Below the pieces are notes generated by a model, which saw only the letters and a list, made by a program, of their open reading frames with translations, had not been told where the DNA came from and searched no databases. From Bacilli bacterium (GTDB lineage Bacteria; Bacillota_I; Bacilli_A; RF39; UBA660), in the NCBI GenBank assembly GCA_017513865.1, contig JAFWMN010000011.1, positions 142,752 to 206,751 on the forward strand: a stretch of 64,000 bases of DNA, in the 5' to 3' direction. Shown piece by piece: positions 11,547 through 23,015 of this stretch (the first letter of the stretch is position 1; each line of letters starts with the position of its first letter). The position numbers and the translations under genes are program-made.

Positions 11547-12041
11547 CTATTCACTGACCTTCACCATTGCCGGTCTTATAACTTTACCTTTTAATATATA
11601 TCCTTTTTGCATAACTTCTACTACCATACCAGGGTCCATACCTTCTACCTTTTCAGTAAGAACTCCTTGATGAATAGTTGGATCAAAAGCCACATTAGTT
11701 TCTGCAATAGCTTTAATCTCATATTTTTCTAAAGTTTCTACTAAATGACAATAAATCATTTTGAAACCTGCTAAAAATTTAGAAAGCTCATCATCTAAAT
11801 TATTATCATCTAAATTAATCGCTCTTTCAAAATTGTCAACTATTGGTAAAATATCTTTGGCAATATCTTCATTCGCAAATTCAAGCATTCTGGATACTTC
11901 TTCATCTTTTCTTTTTCGATAATTTATAATATCAGCTTTAGCTTTTAAAACTTCTTCTTCAAGTTCTTTTATTTTTTTAATGTCTTCTTCATTATGAACT
12001 GTTTTCTTTACTTTTTTTGTTTTATGTTTTTTTTCTTCCAT
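11547..12041 (-). CDS. grpE: Nucleotide exchange factor GrpE
   Basis: ADIINYRKR, LPIVDNFERA, FDPTIHQ, QKGY.L..KVIRPAMVKV. Confidence 0.96.
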   Translation of the reverse strand: MEEKKHKTKKVKKTVHNEEDIKKIKELEEEVLKAKADIINYRKRKDEEVSRMLEFANEDIAKDILPIVDNFERAINLDDNNLDDELSKFLAGFKMIYCHLVETLEKYEIKAIAETNVAFDPTIHQGVLTEKVEGMDPGMVVEVMQKGYILKGKVIRPAMVKVSE

Positions 12042-12045
12042 CTAA

Positions 12046-13038
12046 TCACTCATTTCCAATATTTTCTTTAATAAAATTTAAAAGAGCTTCAGCTTTATCA
12101 TATTCCATTCTCTTTGGTCCAATTAGAGCAATAGTGCCTTCTTCACCATCTTTGTAAAAGTACGTTTTGATTACTGAAATATCATCATCTATATTATTTT
12201 CACTGCCAATATAAATTTTAATTTCATCATCATCTTCTTTAATATGTTTAATCATTTCTTTATCTTCAAATTTGTTTAAAATTTTCCTTATTTTACTTGC
12301 ATCATCAAACTCAGGAGACATAAGTAAATTAGTCGTTCCACTCATTTTCATATTAGGTTTTGGTGTAAAGTCACTAAATGCACTATAGAAAGCATTATAT
12401 AAAGCTTCATGCTCTTTGACATATCTATCAATAACAGGCTTTACTTCAAATTCCAAAACACTTGAAACCTCATTTAACGGAACACCAACTATCAGCTTAC
12501 TTATTATATCAATTGTTTGCTTTACTTCTGCTTTACTAACATTATTTGGAATAGACACATTTCTATTTTCAACATGACCTTTGTCTGTAATTATAATAGC
12601 AATCATCTTGTTATCAGCGATTGGTACAACTTCTATTTTAGCAATCCTATTATCATTTGAAGAGCTACCTAAAACTATCGCTGTATAATTAGTAAGCTCT
12701 GAAACAATTTCCATACTCTTATTAATCGCATCACTTAAAACTAAGGCGTTATTTGAAAAAATCTGTTTTAGTTTAAGCATATCTTCACCATTAAGTTCTC
12801 TAGGAACCATAATATTATCTACATAATATCTATATCCTAAATCACTAGGCACCCTTCCAGATGAAGTATGTGTTTTTTCTATAAAACCAAAATTTTCTAA
12901 AGCTGCCATTTCATTTCTAATGGTCGCACTAGAACATTTTAATTTTGAAGAAAGAGCTTTTGAACTAACTGGCTTAACTGTTTTAATATAATTTTCCACA
13001 ATCAATTTAAGTAATTTTTCTTGTCTACCCGTTAGCAT
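12046..13038 (-). CDS. hrcA: Heat-inducible transcription repressor HrcA
   Basis: SSATIRNEMAALE, HTSSGRVPSDLGYRYYVD, GPKRMEY. Confidence 0.97.
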   Translation of the reverse strand: MLTGRQEKLLKLIVENYIKTVKPVSSKALSSKLKCSSATIRNEMAALENFGFIEKTHTSSGRVPSDLGYRYYVDNIMVPRELNGEDMLKLKQIFSNNALVLSDAINKSMEIVSELTNYTAIVLGSSSNDNRIAKIEVVPIADNKMIAIIITDKGHVENRNVSIPNNVSKAEVKQTIDIISKLIVGVPLNEVSSVLEFEVKPVIDRYVKEHEALYNAFYSAFSDFTPKPNMKMSGTTNLLMSPEFDDASKIRKILNKFEDKEMIKHIKEDDDEIKIYIGSENNIDDDISVIKTYFYKDGEEGTIALIGPKRMEYDKAEALLNFIKENIGNE

Positions 13039-13070
13039 TTAACCACCTCTTTTACTACTATATGCACAAA

Positions 13071-13097
13071 TTAGCACTTCTATTCCATGAATGCTAT
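13071..13097. promoter_or_regulatory. CIRCE element (HrcA operator), downstream of the promoter
   Basis: TTAGCACTT-N9-GAATGCTAT versus consensus TTAGCACTC-N9-GAGTGCTAA. Confidence 0.8.
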
Positions 13098-13100
13098 TTC

Positions 13101-13129
13101 ATTGTAACACTTCTTTTTAGCACTGTCAA
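13101..13129 (-). promoter_or_regulatory. Sigma-A promoter of the hrcA operon
   Basis: TTGACA (13129-13124), 17-nt spacer, TACAAT (13106-13101). Confidence 0.85.
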
Positions 13130-13144
13130 GGGGGTAAGTGCTAA
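13117..13144. promoter_or_regulatory. Second CIRCE-like inverted repeat overlapping the -35 box
   Basis: TTAGCACT-N12-AGTGCTAA: perfect 8-bp arms, spacer one base longer than canonical. Confidence 0.65.
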
Positions 13145-13164
13145 AAAATAAAAAGTTAATAAAA

Positions 13165-14046
13165 TTATATGATTTTATTAACCTTGTCAATTAAAGAATC
13201 ACTTACATACCTATCCCCAATCAAAGTAATAGAAAATGTTTTATACCCTATCCTATTTATACTAGCTCCACAGTGATATATAATATTTCTATCTAATATA
13301 AAATATCTATCATGAAACGTATTATCATATACTACTTTTAAATTACTATACTGTTTATTATATTTTAAAATATCTTGTTTTGTTAATAAATTATTAGGTT
13401 TTGTTATAACTATTACTTCAGCAGTTAATCTTTTAACAATATCTAATAAAACATTATCTGCATAGCTGTCTATTATAATAAGTTCTTTCTTAGTTTCTTT
13501 AAATATTTCACATATCTTAAAATAAGCATCATATATTTGGCCATTAAAATATATCTCATTTACTTTTCTTTTTTTCTCAAATTTTTGAAATGATTTTTCT
13601 AATAATTTAATCCTATTATGATCTTCTAACACTAAATTATTTATATACTTTTGCTCTAATAAACTAGTAGAAATATACTTACGCATAAAAACAAAAGCAT
13701 CCATTATTTTAATACTTACTTCTTCAGCCACCTCTGTTCTAAGTATTGTTGCGAGCATAGCAACCCCTTGTTCCGTAAATGCATATGGCAAATATTTAAT
13801 ATTATGGCCTCTTCCATTCAAGGTTTCAGATTGAAACCTTGAAATACTTCTGCACTCCTCCTCCGTTAGTCTAAACATAAATCTTTCAGGAAATCTATTA
13901 ATGTGCCTTTTAACAGCCAAATTAATGGTTTTAGTTCCGTTCTTACATTTATATAATCTAGCTAAATCACTATCTAACATTACTTGCTTACCTCTAATTT
14001 CATAAATTAATTTTTCAATTGCTTCTTTTTTTATTAGTTCGCTCAT
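13165..14046 (-). CDS. ORF6N-domain DNA-binding protein with C-terminal PLD-like (HDR) domain
   Basis: IYEIRGKQVMLDSDLARLY, RFPERFMFRLT and PYAFTEQGVAML are ORF6N motifs. C-terminal FHDRYFILD...YHCGAS. Confidence 0.8.
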   Translation of the reverse strand: MSELIKKEAIEKLIYEIRGKQVMLDSDLARLYKCKNGTKTINLAVKRHINRFPERFMFRLTEEECRSISRFQSETLNGRGHNIKYLPYAFTEQGVAMLATILRTEVAEEVSIKIMDAFVFMRKYISTSLLEQKYINNLVLEDHNRIKLLEKSFQKFEKKRKVNEIYFNGQIYDAYFKICEIFKETKKELIIIDSYADNVLLDIVKRLTAEVIVITKPNNLLTKQDILKYNKQYSNLKVVYDNTFHDRYFILDRNIIYHCGASINRIGYKTFSITLIGDRYVSDSLIDKVNKII

Positions 14047-14079
14047 AACACCATCCTAATCTTAAACTCCTACACTTTT

Positions 14080-14108
14080 ATATTAGCGAACATTTGTTTT
14101 ATTGTCAA
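14080..14108 (-). promoter_or_regulatory. Sigma-A promoter with a LexA (Cheo) box-like site in the spacer
   Basis: TTGACA (14108-14103), N17, TAATAT (14085-14080). CGAACATTTGTTTT at 14087-14100 versus consensus CGAAC-RNRY-GTTCG. Confidence 0.6.
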
Positions 14109-14141
14109 GAAAATAAAAAAAGAAACAAATAAATGTTTCTT

Positions 14142-15284
14142 TTAAGCATCAGCTTTTAAATTAATTAAGGTTTCTTTGAGCTCATTTTCAATTTTGTTAA
14201 GTTCTACTTCTGCTTCTTCTCGCTGTTTTCTACCTTCAGCATGAATTCTAACAATTTCTTCTAATGTAGTAATTAAATCAGCATTAGTTTTCTTAACAGT
14301 TTCTAGATCAACGATAGCTCTTTCACTTTCTTTAGCAATATCAATTGAACCTTGTTTTAAAGTTTCACTATTTTTCTTAAGCATTTCATTAGTTAAATCT
14401 GATACTTTCTTTTGCGCATCTAGTGCTTGTTTCGCATTTGCAATACCTAAAGCGATAACCATTTGATTTTTCCAAAGTGGAATTGTGTTGGTAAGTGATG
14501 ATTGAATTTTATCAACTAGTTCAGCATCATTATTTTGAATTAATCTAATTTGTGGTGCCATTTGAATAGATATTAATCTAGTTGTTTTTAAATCATATAA
14601 TTTCTTTTCAAATCTATTTATTAAATTATTCATATCATTTACTTTTTGAACATCAGTTTGTTCTCCTGACTCTTTAGCTACTTTTTCAAGTTCTGGTAAA
14701 ACTTTTTCTTTAAGTTCATCAATCTTCTTCATACCAGCAATAATGTAAAGAGAAAGTTCTTTAAAATATTCTAAATTCTTATCATACATTTGATCAAAAA
14801 TTTCAATATCTTTCATCATTTGTATTTTATGTGAATCTAATTTTCTTTCAATACTATTAATGTTTGTTTCAACTTTACTAAATTTAGCAATAATTTTTCT
14901 TATTTGCTTTTCAAGTGAACTAAACAATCCAGGTTTAATATTTGCATTAATATCAGAATCAAAAGATTTGATTTCTGAAGTTAAATCAGCAAGTAGTGTT
15001 CCTACTTCACCTAAATTTTTAGTTTTAACATTATTAAGTACTTCATCTGAAAATTGTGTGATTTTGGTTTGTGCAGGAGAACCAAAAGTGATAATTTCAT
15101 TAGTACTATTTACATCAATTTTAGAAGTAAATTCATCAATCGCCGCCTTTTCTTCTTTTGTAAGTTTGTTATAATCCAAAGTTTTCTCAACTTTAGCTTC
15201 AGTAATTTCTTTACCTCCTTCAACTAGGCCTTTAACCTCAGCTAAATCCAAAGTATCAATTGTTTTAAGTTCTAATTTTCCCAT
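14142..15284 (-). CDS. telA: Toxic anion resistance protein TelA family
   Basis: QMAPQIRLIQNND..LVDKIQS...NTIPLWKNQMVIAL and GSIDIAKESERAIVDLET. Confidence 0.92.
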   Translation of the reverse strand: MGKLELKTIDTLDLAEVKGLVEGGKEITEAKVEKTLDYNKLTKEEKAAIDEFTSKIDVNSTNEIITFGSPAQTKITQFSDEVLNNVKTKNLGEVGTLLADLTSEIKSFDSDINANIKPGLFSSLEKQIRKIIAKFSKVETNINSIERKLDSHKIQMMKDIEIFDQMYDKNLEYFKELSLYIIAGMKKIDELKEKVLPELEKVAKESGEQTDVQKVNDMNNLINRFEKKLYDLKTTRLISIQMAPQIRLIQNNDAELVDKIQSSLTNTIPLWKNQMVIALGIANAKQALDAQKKVSDLTNEMLKKNSETLKQGSIDIAKESERAIVDLETVKKTNADLITTLEEIVRIHAEGRKQREEAEVELNKIENELKETLINLKADA

Positions 15285-15294
15285 ATCTTCACCT

Positions 15295-16413
15295 CTAATT
15301 TTTTAAACTTTCTATCATTTTTTCATATATATTCATCTTTAAGCTTGATACTGCACCATCAATGCTTTGAGGAATACCCTTAACAATAACTTTAGAAACA
15401 TCATAGTTTCCACCAGTAACCCCTGTTCTAAATCCATATTTTTCCCAGGCAAGCTCTTGCACTTCTTTATTTTCAAACACATTATAATAAATATTACCAT
15501 TATCTGACAAAGACGCTATACAATGTGAATTCCAAATTGTTGGACTAGGATATAAAATCCTAACCTTATCTTTAACACTGTTATAACCCTCAGGATCATT
15601 ATTCGCAAAATCTATTATACTCTTTTCATAATCAACTATCATTGGTTTTGCCCCAACCCCAGTTTTTAAATAAAGTTGAAATAAATCAGCAGGTGTATTA
15701 TTCATATATCCTGATTTTTTATAAAACTCTTTTAATTTAGGTAAAATCTCACCGATGTTTTCATCATCAACTTTACCGCCACCCATTATTGAAGCTAAGA
15801 GACCATAATAAGTAGCTCCTGGGCTAGAAGTAACGGGATCGGTTGAGTCAATATTTATTTTACCATATAAATCAAGTCCTAAATCTTTCCAAGATTTTCC
15901 TTCCAATATATAATTTAATAATTTATTCATATCAGTGATAAAATAAACACCATCTTTGTTAGTAACAATGCCTTCTTTAATTAAAGCATCAGTAACTGTA
16001 TCCCAGCTATATATAACAACTGGTGTGTTTAAAGTTAAACTTCCTTTTTCCACAGTATATCTTTTTGCTTCACCCTTTTCAGCATTAGGCGCTAATTTAT
16101 AATAATCATAAAATCTTTGATCAGAGAAAAATATAAAATCATAATTTGTCCCATCTTCTCTTACTACATCATTAACAATAAGTTTGCCATTACTCCAAGT
16201 ATCATTAACAACATTAATTTTAAATTTTTTATGAAGTATTTTAATAAAGTCTTCATCAGCAAGTAAATTCTCTTTACCGCCACCAACTGCTCCATATACT
16301 GTTTTTAAATTACCTCCAGTAACACTTGTTGTTATCATATTTTTAACACCAATCACTAATAATATTAATACTAAAAATACAAGTACACCTATTCCAAATT
16401 TCTTAGTGTTCAT
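15295..16413 (-). CDS. Membrane-anchored solute-binding-protein-like protein (TelA/XpaC-associated)
   Basis: N-terminal TM, TPVVIYSW, STDP..SSPG and YP.PTIWNSH SBP-type motifs. Start probably ATG at 16413, overlapping the xpaC stop. Confidence 0.7.
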   Translation of the reverse strand: MNTKKFGIGVLVFLVLILLVIGVKNMITTSVTGGNLKTVYGAVGGGKENLLADEDFIKILHKKFKINVVNDTWSNGKLIVNDVVREDGTNYDFIFFSDQRFYDYYKLAPNAEKGEAKRYTVEKGSLTLNTPVVIYSWDTVTDALIKEGIVTNKDGVYFITDMNKLLNYILEGKSWKDLGLDLYGKINIDSTDPVTSSPGATYYGLLASIMGGGKVDDENIGEILPKLKEFYKKSGYMNNTPADLFQLYLKTGVGAKPMIVDYEKSIIDFANNDPEGYNSVKDKVRILYPSPTIWNSHCIASLSDNGNIYYNVFENKEVQELAWEKYGFRTGVTGGNYDVSKVIVKGIPQSIDGAVSSLKMNIYEKMIESLKN

Positions 16414-17032
16414 CTTTTTCACCATCCTTCCTTATCGTCTCTCCAAGTAAACCATCAGACTTTAAAACTGATTCAAAAACTTTCATTTCCGCATCTATGT
16501 CAACCATATCTGTACTATATAAATTATTTAACTGCATATTAAATGCGCTTTTTATATTTGTAAGTAAATTAATAATTCTTGTTTTAAAATCTTTAACTTC
16601 CTTACTAGTTAGTTTTTCATTTTCTATTTCTTCATACTTTTTCATTATTTTTAAAGTTATCGGTAAATAATAATTCAAAAAATTTGTGGCCTGACTAATT
16701 TTTTCTGGTGTTTTTTCTAATCTATTAATTATTTTTTCAGATGTCTTAGTTATCTCCACGACATCTTTTTTTATTGCCTCATCATCAACCATTTTTGTAA
16801 GATGTTTTAATGATTCTAAATAACCAATATTTTCTTCTAAAAGTTTCTTATAAACACCTAAATTCTTTTTCCCAAGTTTATCCAGTTCACTTTCTTTAGT
16901 AGCTAAAGCTGAAGCTCCAAAAGCTGCTGCCCCAACTACAAGTGATGGTATAATTCCAAAATTTAAAGCCAAGTAAGGTACTGCAAAAAATATCCCTCCA
17001 ATAGCGCCTGATAAAATATACTTACTATTCAT
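16403..17032 (-). CDS. XpaC / 5-bromo-4-chloroindolyl phosphate hydrolysis family protein
   Basis: N-terminal TM hairpin, FLNYYLP.T.KI..KY and DIDAEMKVF..VLKSDGL motifs, next to telA. Confidence 0.8.
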   Translation of the reverse strand: MNSKYILSGAIGGIFFAVPYLALNFGIIPSLVVGAAAFGASALATKESELDKLGKKNLGVYKKLLEENIGYLESLKHLTKMVDDEAIKKDVVEITKTSEKIINRLEKTPEKISQATNFLNYYLPITLKIMKKYEEIENEKLTSKEVKDFKTRIINLLTNIKSAFNMQLNNLYSTDMVDIDAEMKVFESVLKSDGLLGETIRKDGEKDEH

Positions 17033-18630
17033 TAGTTATAACCTCTAACTTCTTTAAATGCTAAAAGCAAATTATTTCTACCATCAAAAACTTTACCATT
17101 AGCTATTTCCGTTATCTCTTCAAGTTGATATCTTTGAGCTGAACCAAACATTATTGCATAAACTGGAATTTCATTTTTAAGATTCTTATAAGCACTTTTA
17201 TAATTGTAAAAACTGCCACTATTTCCTTCACCATCAGTCATTAATATAACCGACAAATTATATTCATTAGGATCATCATTAGAAAGAATCTTTAAAGCTT
17301 TAACAACTGGATCATATAAATTAGTAGCACCCCCAGGTTCAGATACTTTAATATTTGAAATAAGTTTCCCGGTATCAGTCCCACTTTCCGTACTGAAAAT
17401 ATTCAATATCTTACTTTCAAAAGTAATAACATCAATTTTATCATTTTTAGAAAATTGAACTAAATTATTGGCCGCCTTTTCTTCAGTTAATATATAATCC
17501 ATAGCCTTCACTAACTGCGCGTTACCTTCACCATACATACTTCCAGAAAAATCTAAACAAAACACTGTATGCGTTGGTTTTCTAAACTCCGTTTGGTATA
17601 AAATTAAAGCATTCTTTATTATTGCTGAAGAAGGATATTTAATTGGTGAAACATACTTAGAAGTATCAATGCCCCAATCTTTATTAAATATTTCTTTTGA
17701 TGCTTTACTATTAACTCCACCATACCATGTTCTTCTACCATAATTTTCTAATGTTTTTTGAACATCTTTACTTAATATATATTTTTGAAAATCTAAGAAA
17801 ATTTCCTCATCTTCATCACTTCCGTTGTTCACATAAGCAAGCGGCGAATCTGATATTGTAACTCCATCAACAGGATATATAATATAATATGGTTCCTTAC
17901 CTTCTTTAGTAAGTTCTTTGTTCAAACTAATTAATGATGATTCATAAGAGATTGCTGCATCATAGTCACCTTTTTTCAAAGCTTCTTCTAAAAATTCATC
18001 ACTACCACTAGTTCGCGTAACTCCGTTTAAAAGATCTTTGATATCAGAAATTAATTGTTCATCTTTTAGATGTTCTTCCGTTAAAACTTCAGGATTGCCA
18101 GCTAGTGTTTGTAAAAATCCTAAATAAGCTGAAGCTCCTGTATTAGTTTGCGTAGCCGATGACATGACAAATTTTAAGTCACCATCTTTAATTGCCTTTA
18201 AAATATCTTTAGTATAAACTTCTTTATCTATAAATCCTAGTTTTTCAGCAACTGATTTTTTTATGCCAAAAACTACTGGATTTATAAAAGTTGACTTAGA
18301 ATTTGTAACTTTATATGAATCATTAAGCATATAAAGCCAAATTGAATTTGATGCCCATATTGCATTATAATCTTCACCATTATTCATTTTATCCATAATT
18401 TCAATAGTTCCAGCATAATCTATCTTAACTCCAAGCCCTTTATCATTAAAATACTTTTTTATAACTGGTTCGATATCTTTATTTTCCGTACTAGCAAGAA
18501 TCTTAAAAGAATTTCCAGATAGTCCATTAATAATACTTTTGCCAGTATTAAAAACAGAAGAAAATAGTATTACTAAAGCAAAAAAAACAATACTTATTAT
18601 TATAATAGATTTTTTTTGTTTATTATCCAT
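17032..18630 (-). CDS. Solute-binding-protein + von Willebrand factor A domain protein
   Basis: N-terminal TM, SBP region (SATQTNTGASAYLG), C-terminal MIDAS FCLDFSGSM, GATNLY, ILMTDG. Start taken at ATG 18630 behind AGAGGT. Confidence 0.85.
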   Translation of the reverse strand: MDNKQKKSIIIISIVFFALVILFSSVFNTGKSIINGLSGNSFKILASTENKDIEPVIKKYFNDKGLGVKIDYAGTIEIMDKMNNGEDYNAIWASNSIWLYMLNDSYKVTNSKSTFINPVVFGIKKSVAEKLGFIDKEVYTKDILKAIKDGDLKFVMSSATQTNTGASAYLGFLQTLAGNPEVLTEEHLKDEQLISDIKDLLNGVTRTSGSDEFLEEALKKGDYDAAISYESSLISLNKELTKEGKEPYYIIYPVDGVTISDSPLAYVNNGSDEDEEIFLDFQKYILSKDVQKTLENYGRRTWYGGVNSKASKEIFNKDWGIDTSKYVSPIKYPSSAIIKNALILYQTEFRKPTHTVFCLDFSGSMYGEGNAQLVKAMDYILTEEKAANNLVQFSKNDKIDVITFESKILNIFSTESGTDTGKLISNIKVSEPGGATNLYDPVVKALKILSNDDPNEYNLSVILMTDGEGNSGSFYNYKSAYKNLKNEIPVYAIMFGSAQRYQLEEITEIANGKVFDGRNNLLLAFKEVRGYN

Positions 18631-18665
18631 ATCATTACCTCTTACTTTCATTATACTATAAATTT

Positions 18666-20663
<1,998 letters not shown>

Positions 20664-20754
20664 TTATATAGTTAAATTTTAAAAGAAAATAAAGGAAAAA
20701 AACACAACAAAAAACTTTAGAAAGATCTAAAGTTTAATACTAAATTTATAAAAA

Positions 20755-21825
20755 CTATGCCACAGGCCAACCTTCAGCACAACTTGCTTGCACATAATTA
20801 ATATCGCAGTGCCACACACCTTCACTAGCAATCACATCACCATCAGCTTCAACCATGGCATTAATATCTGGAGAAACACAATGAAAACTGCCTCCGTCAT
20901 GTCCTGTACAAGCATTTTGCTCAGCAAATATAGATAATAATTTGTCAGTGTTGTTAACAAATCCATCACTACCTTTTATACAATATTCGTGACCCTCTTT
21001 TATAAAACACACTTCAGATTCAGCAACTATATCATTTTCTATTGTATATCTTAAACAAACATTTTTCCCAGTACTTGTGCAGTTATTGTATGTTGTTCCT
21101 ATATCCTGTAAAGTAGATGTGTTTTTAGTAATAATATTTTCATTTATCGCATATACTCTTCGAATAGGATTTTCTTCAATTTCTATTTTAGCTTTTATTT
21201 CGATACTTATTTTTTCTAATGCATAAACTGTAAAAGGAATTAATAATAAACATAAAATAATAGCCGATACGCTTTTCTTACTTTTAACAAGAATTATCAA
21301 TGCAATTATTACTATTACAGTTGTCACTATAGCAACATTTCTTATCACTGAATTACTTACGGTGTTAGGCACTGACACAACTACTGTATCATTAACCATT
21401 TCAACCACAACAGCTTTATTAACAGTATATTTTCCCTCAGTGAAATTTGCAGCTGGAACTTCTTTGTCATATGAAATCATTACATACATGTTTTTAGTTT
21501 CTCCAGCTTTTATTACATTATTATCATCAAATGAAAATTCATATTTTATATAATTATCATCAGAATACTTTATTTCATTACTTATTTCATATGATTTATT
21601 ACTTTCGTTTTTTAAAACAATCATATAAGTAGCTTTATCTTCTACTTCACTAAACCTTAAATTAAAGTCTACCATTATATTCTCTACCACTGGTTCAGCG
21701 AGTATTTCAGTATTTTCTGTTTTTTCAAGTAACTCTACCTTTGTTATTTTTACCGGACTATTATCAGCTTTTACATTAAGTGGTAATAATAAAAATAATA
21801 TTAAAAATGGTATTATCTTTTTCAT
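20755..21825 (-). CDS. Surface protein with signal peptide, internal TM hairpin and Cys-rich C-terminal domain
   Basis: Signal peptide ending LNVKA, VPNT followed by a TM, a second K-rich hydrophobic segment ending TVYA, and 8 Cys in the last ~100 aa. Confidence 0.65.
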   Translation of the reverse strand: MKKIIPFLILFLLLPLNVKADNSPVKITKVELLEKTENTEILAEPVVENIMVDFNLRFSEVEDKATYMIVLKNESNKSYEISNEIKYSDDNYIKYEFSFDDNNVIKAGETKNMYVMISYDKEVPAANFTEGKYTVNKAVVVEMVNDTVVVSVPNTVSNSVIRNVAIVTTVIVIIALIILVKSKKSVSAIILCLLLIPFTVYALEKISIEIKAKIEIEENPIRRVYAINENIITKNTSTLQDIGTTYNNCTSTGKNVCLRYTIENDIVAESEVCFIKEGHEYCIKGSDGFVNNTDKLLSIFAEQNACTGHDGGSFHCVSPDINAMVEADGDVIASEGVWHCDINYVQASCAEGWPVA

Positions 21826-21901
21826 TTATTCCCCTACTTTCTATAATCATTATAACATATTATCAATTAAAAAAATAAAAATCTTAGAAAATTCTAAAGT
21901 T

Positions 21902-22636
21902 TTAATCTATTTTTTTAGCATGCAATACTACTCTTTCTTTACCACTATTAGAACATGTTGATAAAGTAAGAATTGTATCATCTTTACTAACATCAATACC
22001 ATAGTTATAATTTGATCTAGATTTAAGTTTATTTAAAAAACTAATATAATCGTTATCATTATTAAAACCTGTTGTTATATAATAATCTTCGGCTTCTATC
22101 ATATAACTTGAAAATATTCTGTATTTATATTGACCACTTCTAGTGACAAAGACTATTTCTACATTACCATTTTTTACTTGCCAATCTTTATTTAAAGTTT
22201 TATATAAACTGCCAAACATACTACCGTCTTTAGTATTATGACCATAAATAATAATGTTTTTATCTGTTCCATCCAAACTATTCCGATAATCAACAAATAT
22301 CCAACCTGTTCTATTTTCCTCATCGCTAAAATCATGTCTTAAATAGAATTTATTGTCACTACCTTTAACTACAACATAATCAATATTAGTTTCTGGAACA
22401 TTTAAATATCCAATTGCATTTTTATTTAATTTTAGAAGTTTATCATAATCAATATTATATGTTCCATCATTATTAACTGTAATAGCCTCTTTACTTTCGG
22501 CTTTTAAACCTTTACTTTTATCTACACCTGTTTTCCATTTAAACAAATTATAACCAGAATACATAATTCCAATAATAGAAATTATTATAATAAATTTAAA
22601 TAAAGCATTCTTATTTTTTCGCATTTTTTGCCTCAT
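21902..22636 (-). CDS. srtB: Class B sortase
   Basis: N-terminal TM, IYGHN.KDGSMFGSL, catalytic TLSTC, YL..PET.IDY.V. Confidence 0.9.
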   Translation of the reverse strand: MRQKMRKNKNALFKFIIIISIIGIMYSGYNLFKWKTGVDKSKGLKAESKEAITVNNDGTYNIDYDKLLKLNKNAIGYLNVPETNIDYVVVKGSDNKFYLRHDFSDEENRTGWIFVDYRNSLDGTDKNIIIYGHNTKDGSMFGSLYKTLNKDWQVKNGNVEIVFVTRSGQYKYRIFSSYMIEAEDYYITTGFNNDNDYISFLNKLKSRSNYNYGIDVSKDDTILTLSTCSNSGKERVVLHAKKID

Positions 22637-22973
22637 GTTTTTTAAAAGTATAAGTGCCTGTCGTTTTATTAATTCCTTTTAAAATAAGTTTGCCTTTTTT
22701 AAATGAAACTTTATAATCAGAATCATGTAATTTCTTATTTTTAAAATCTATATGTATTTCATCATCATTCATTTTGTAATTAAAAGTATATTTTGAAAGA
22801 GGAACAATTAAAGCCCCTTTTCCTTTTTTGTCAAACCTATAAATAGTAACACCATCGGTTGTCCAAGTACCAATTAATGGATTTTTAGGTCTAAAAATAA
22901 TTAAAACACTTACTATAAAGATAATTAGAAATAGCAAAATCCAAAATAATTTGTTAAATTTTTTCTTTTTCAT
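22611..22973 (-). CDS. Small membrane-anchored beta-domain protein (DUF5640/lipocalin-like)
   Basis: N-terminal TM, then LIGTW...YRFDKKGKG pattern. Confidence 0.5.
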   Translation of the reverse strand: MKKKKFNKLFWILLFLIIFIVSVLIIFRPKNPLIGTWTTDGVTIYRFDKKGKGALIVPLSKYTFNYKMNDDEIHIDFKNKKLHDSDYKVSFKKGKLILKGINKTTGTYTFKKHEAKNAKK

Positions 22974-22987
22974 AATACATCCTCTCT

Positions 22988-23014
22988 AAAAAACACTAGC
23001 ATCAGCTAGTGTTT
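22988..23014 (-). terminator. Intrinsic terminator after the surface protein gene
   Basis: AAACACTAGC-TGAT-GCTAGTGTTT followed by T run on the minus strand. Confidence 0.65.
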
Positions 23015-23015
23015 A

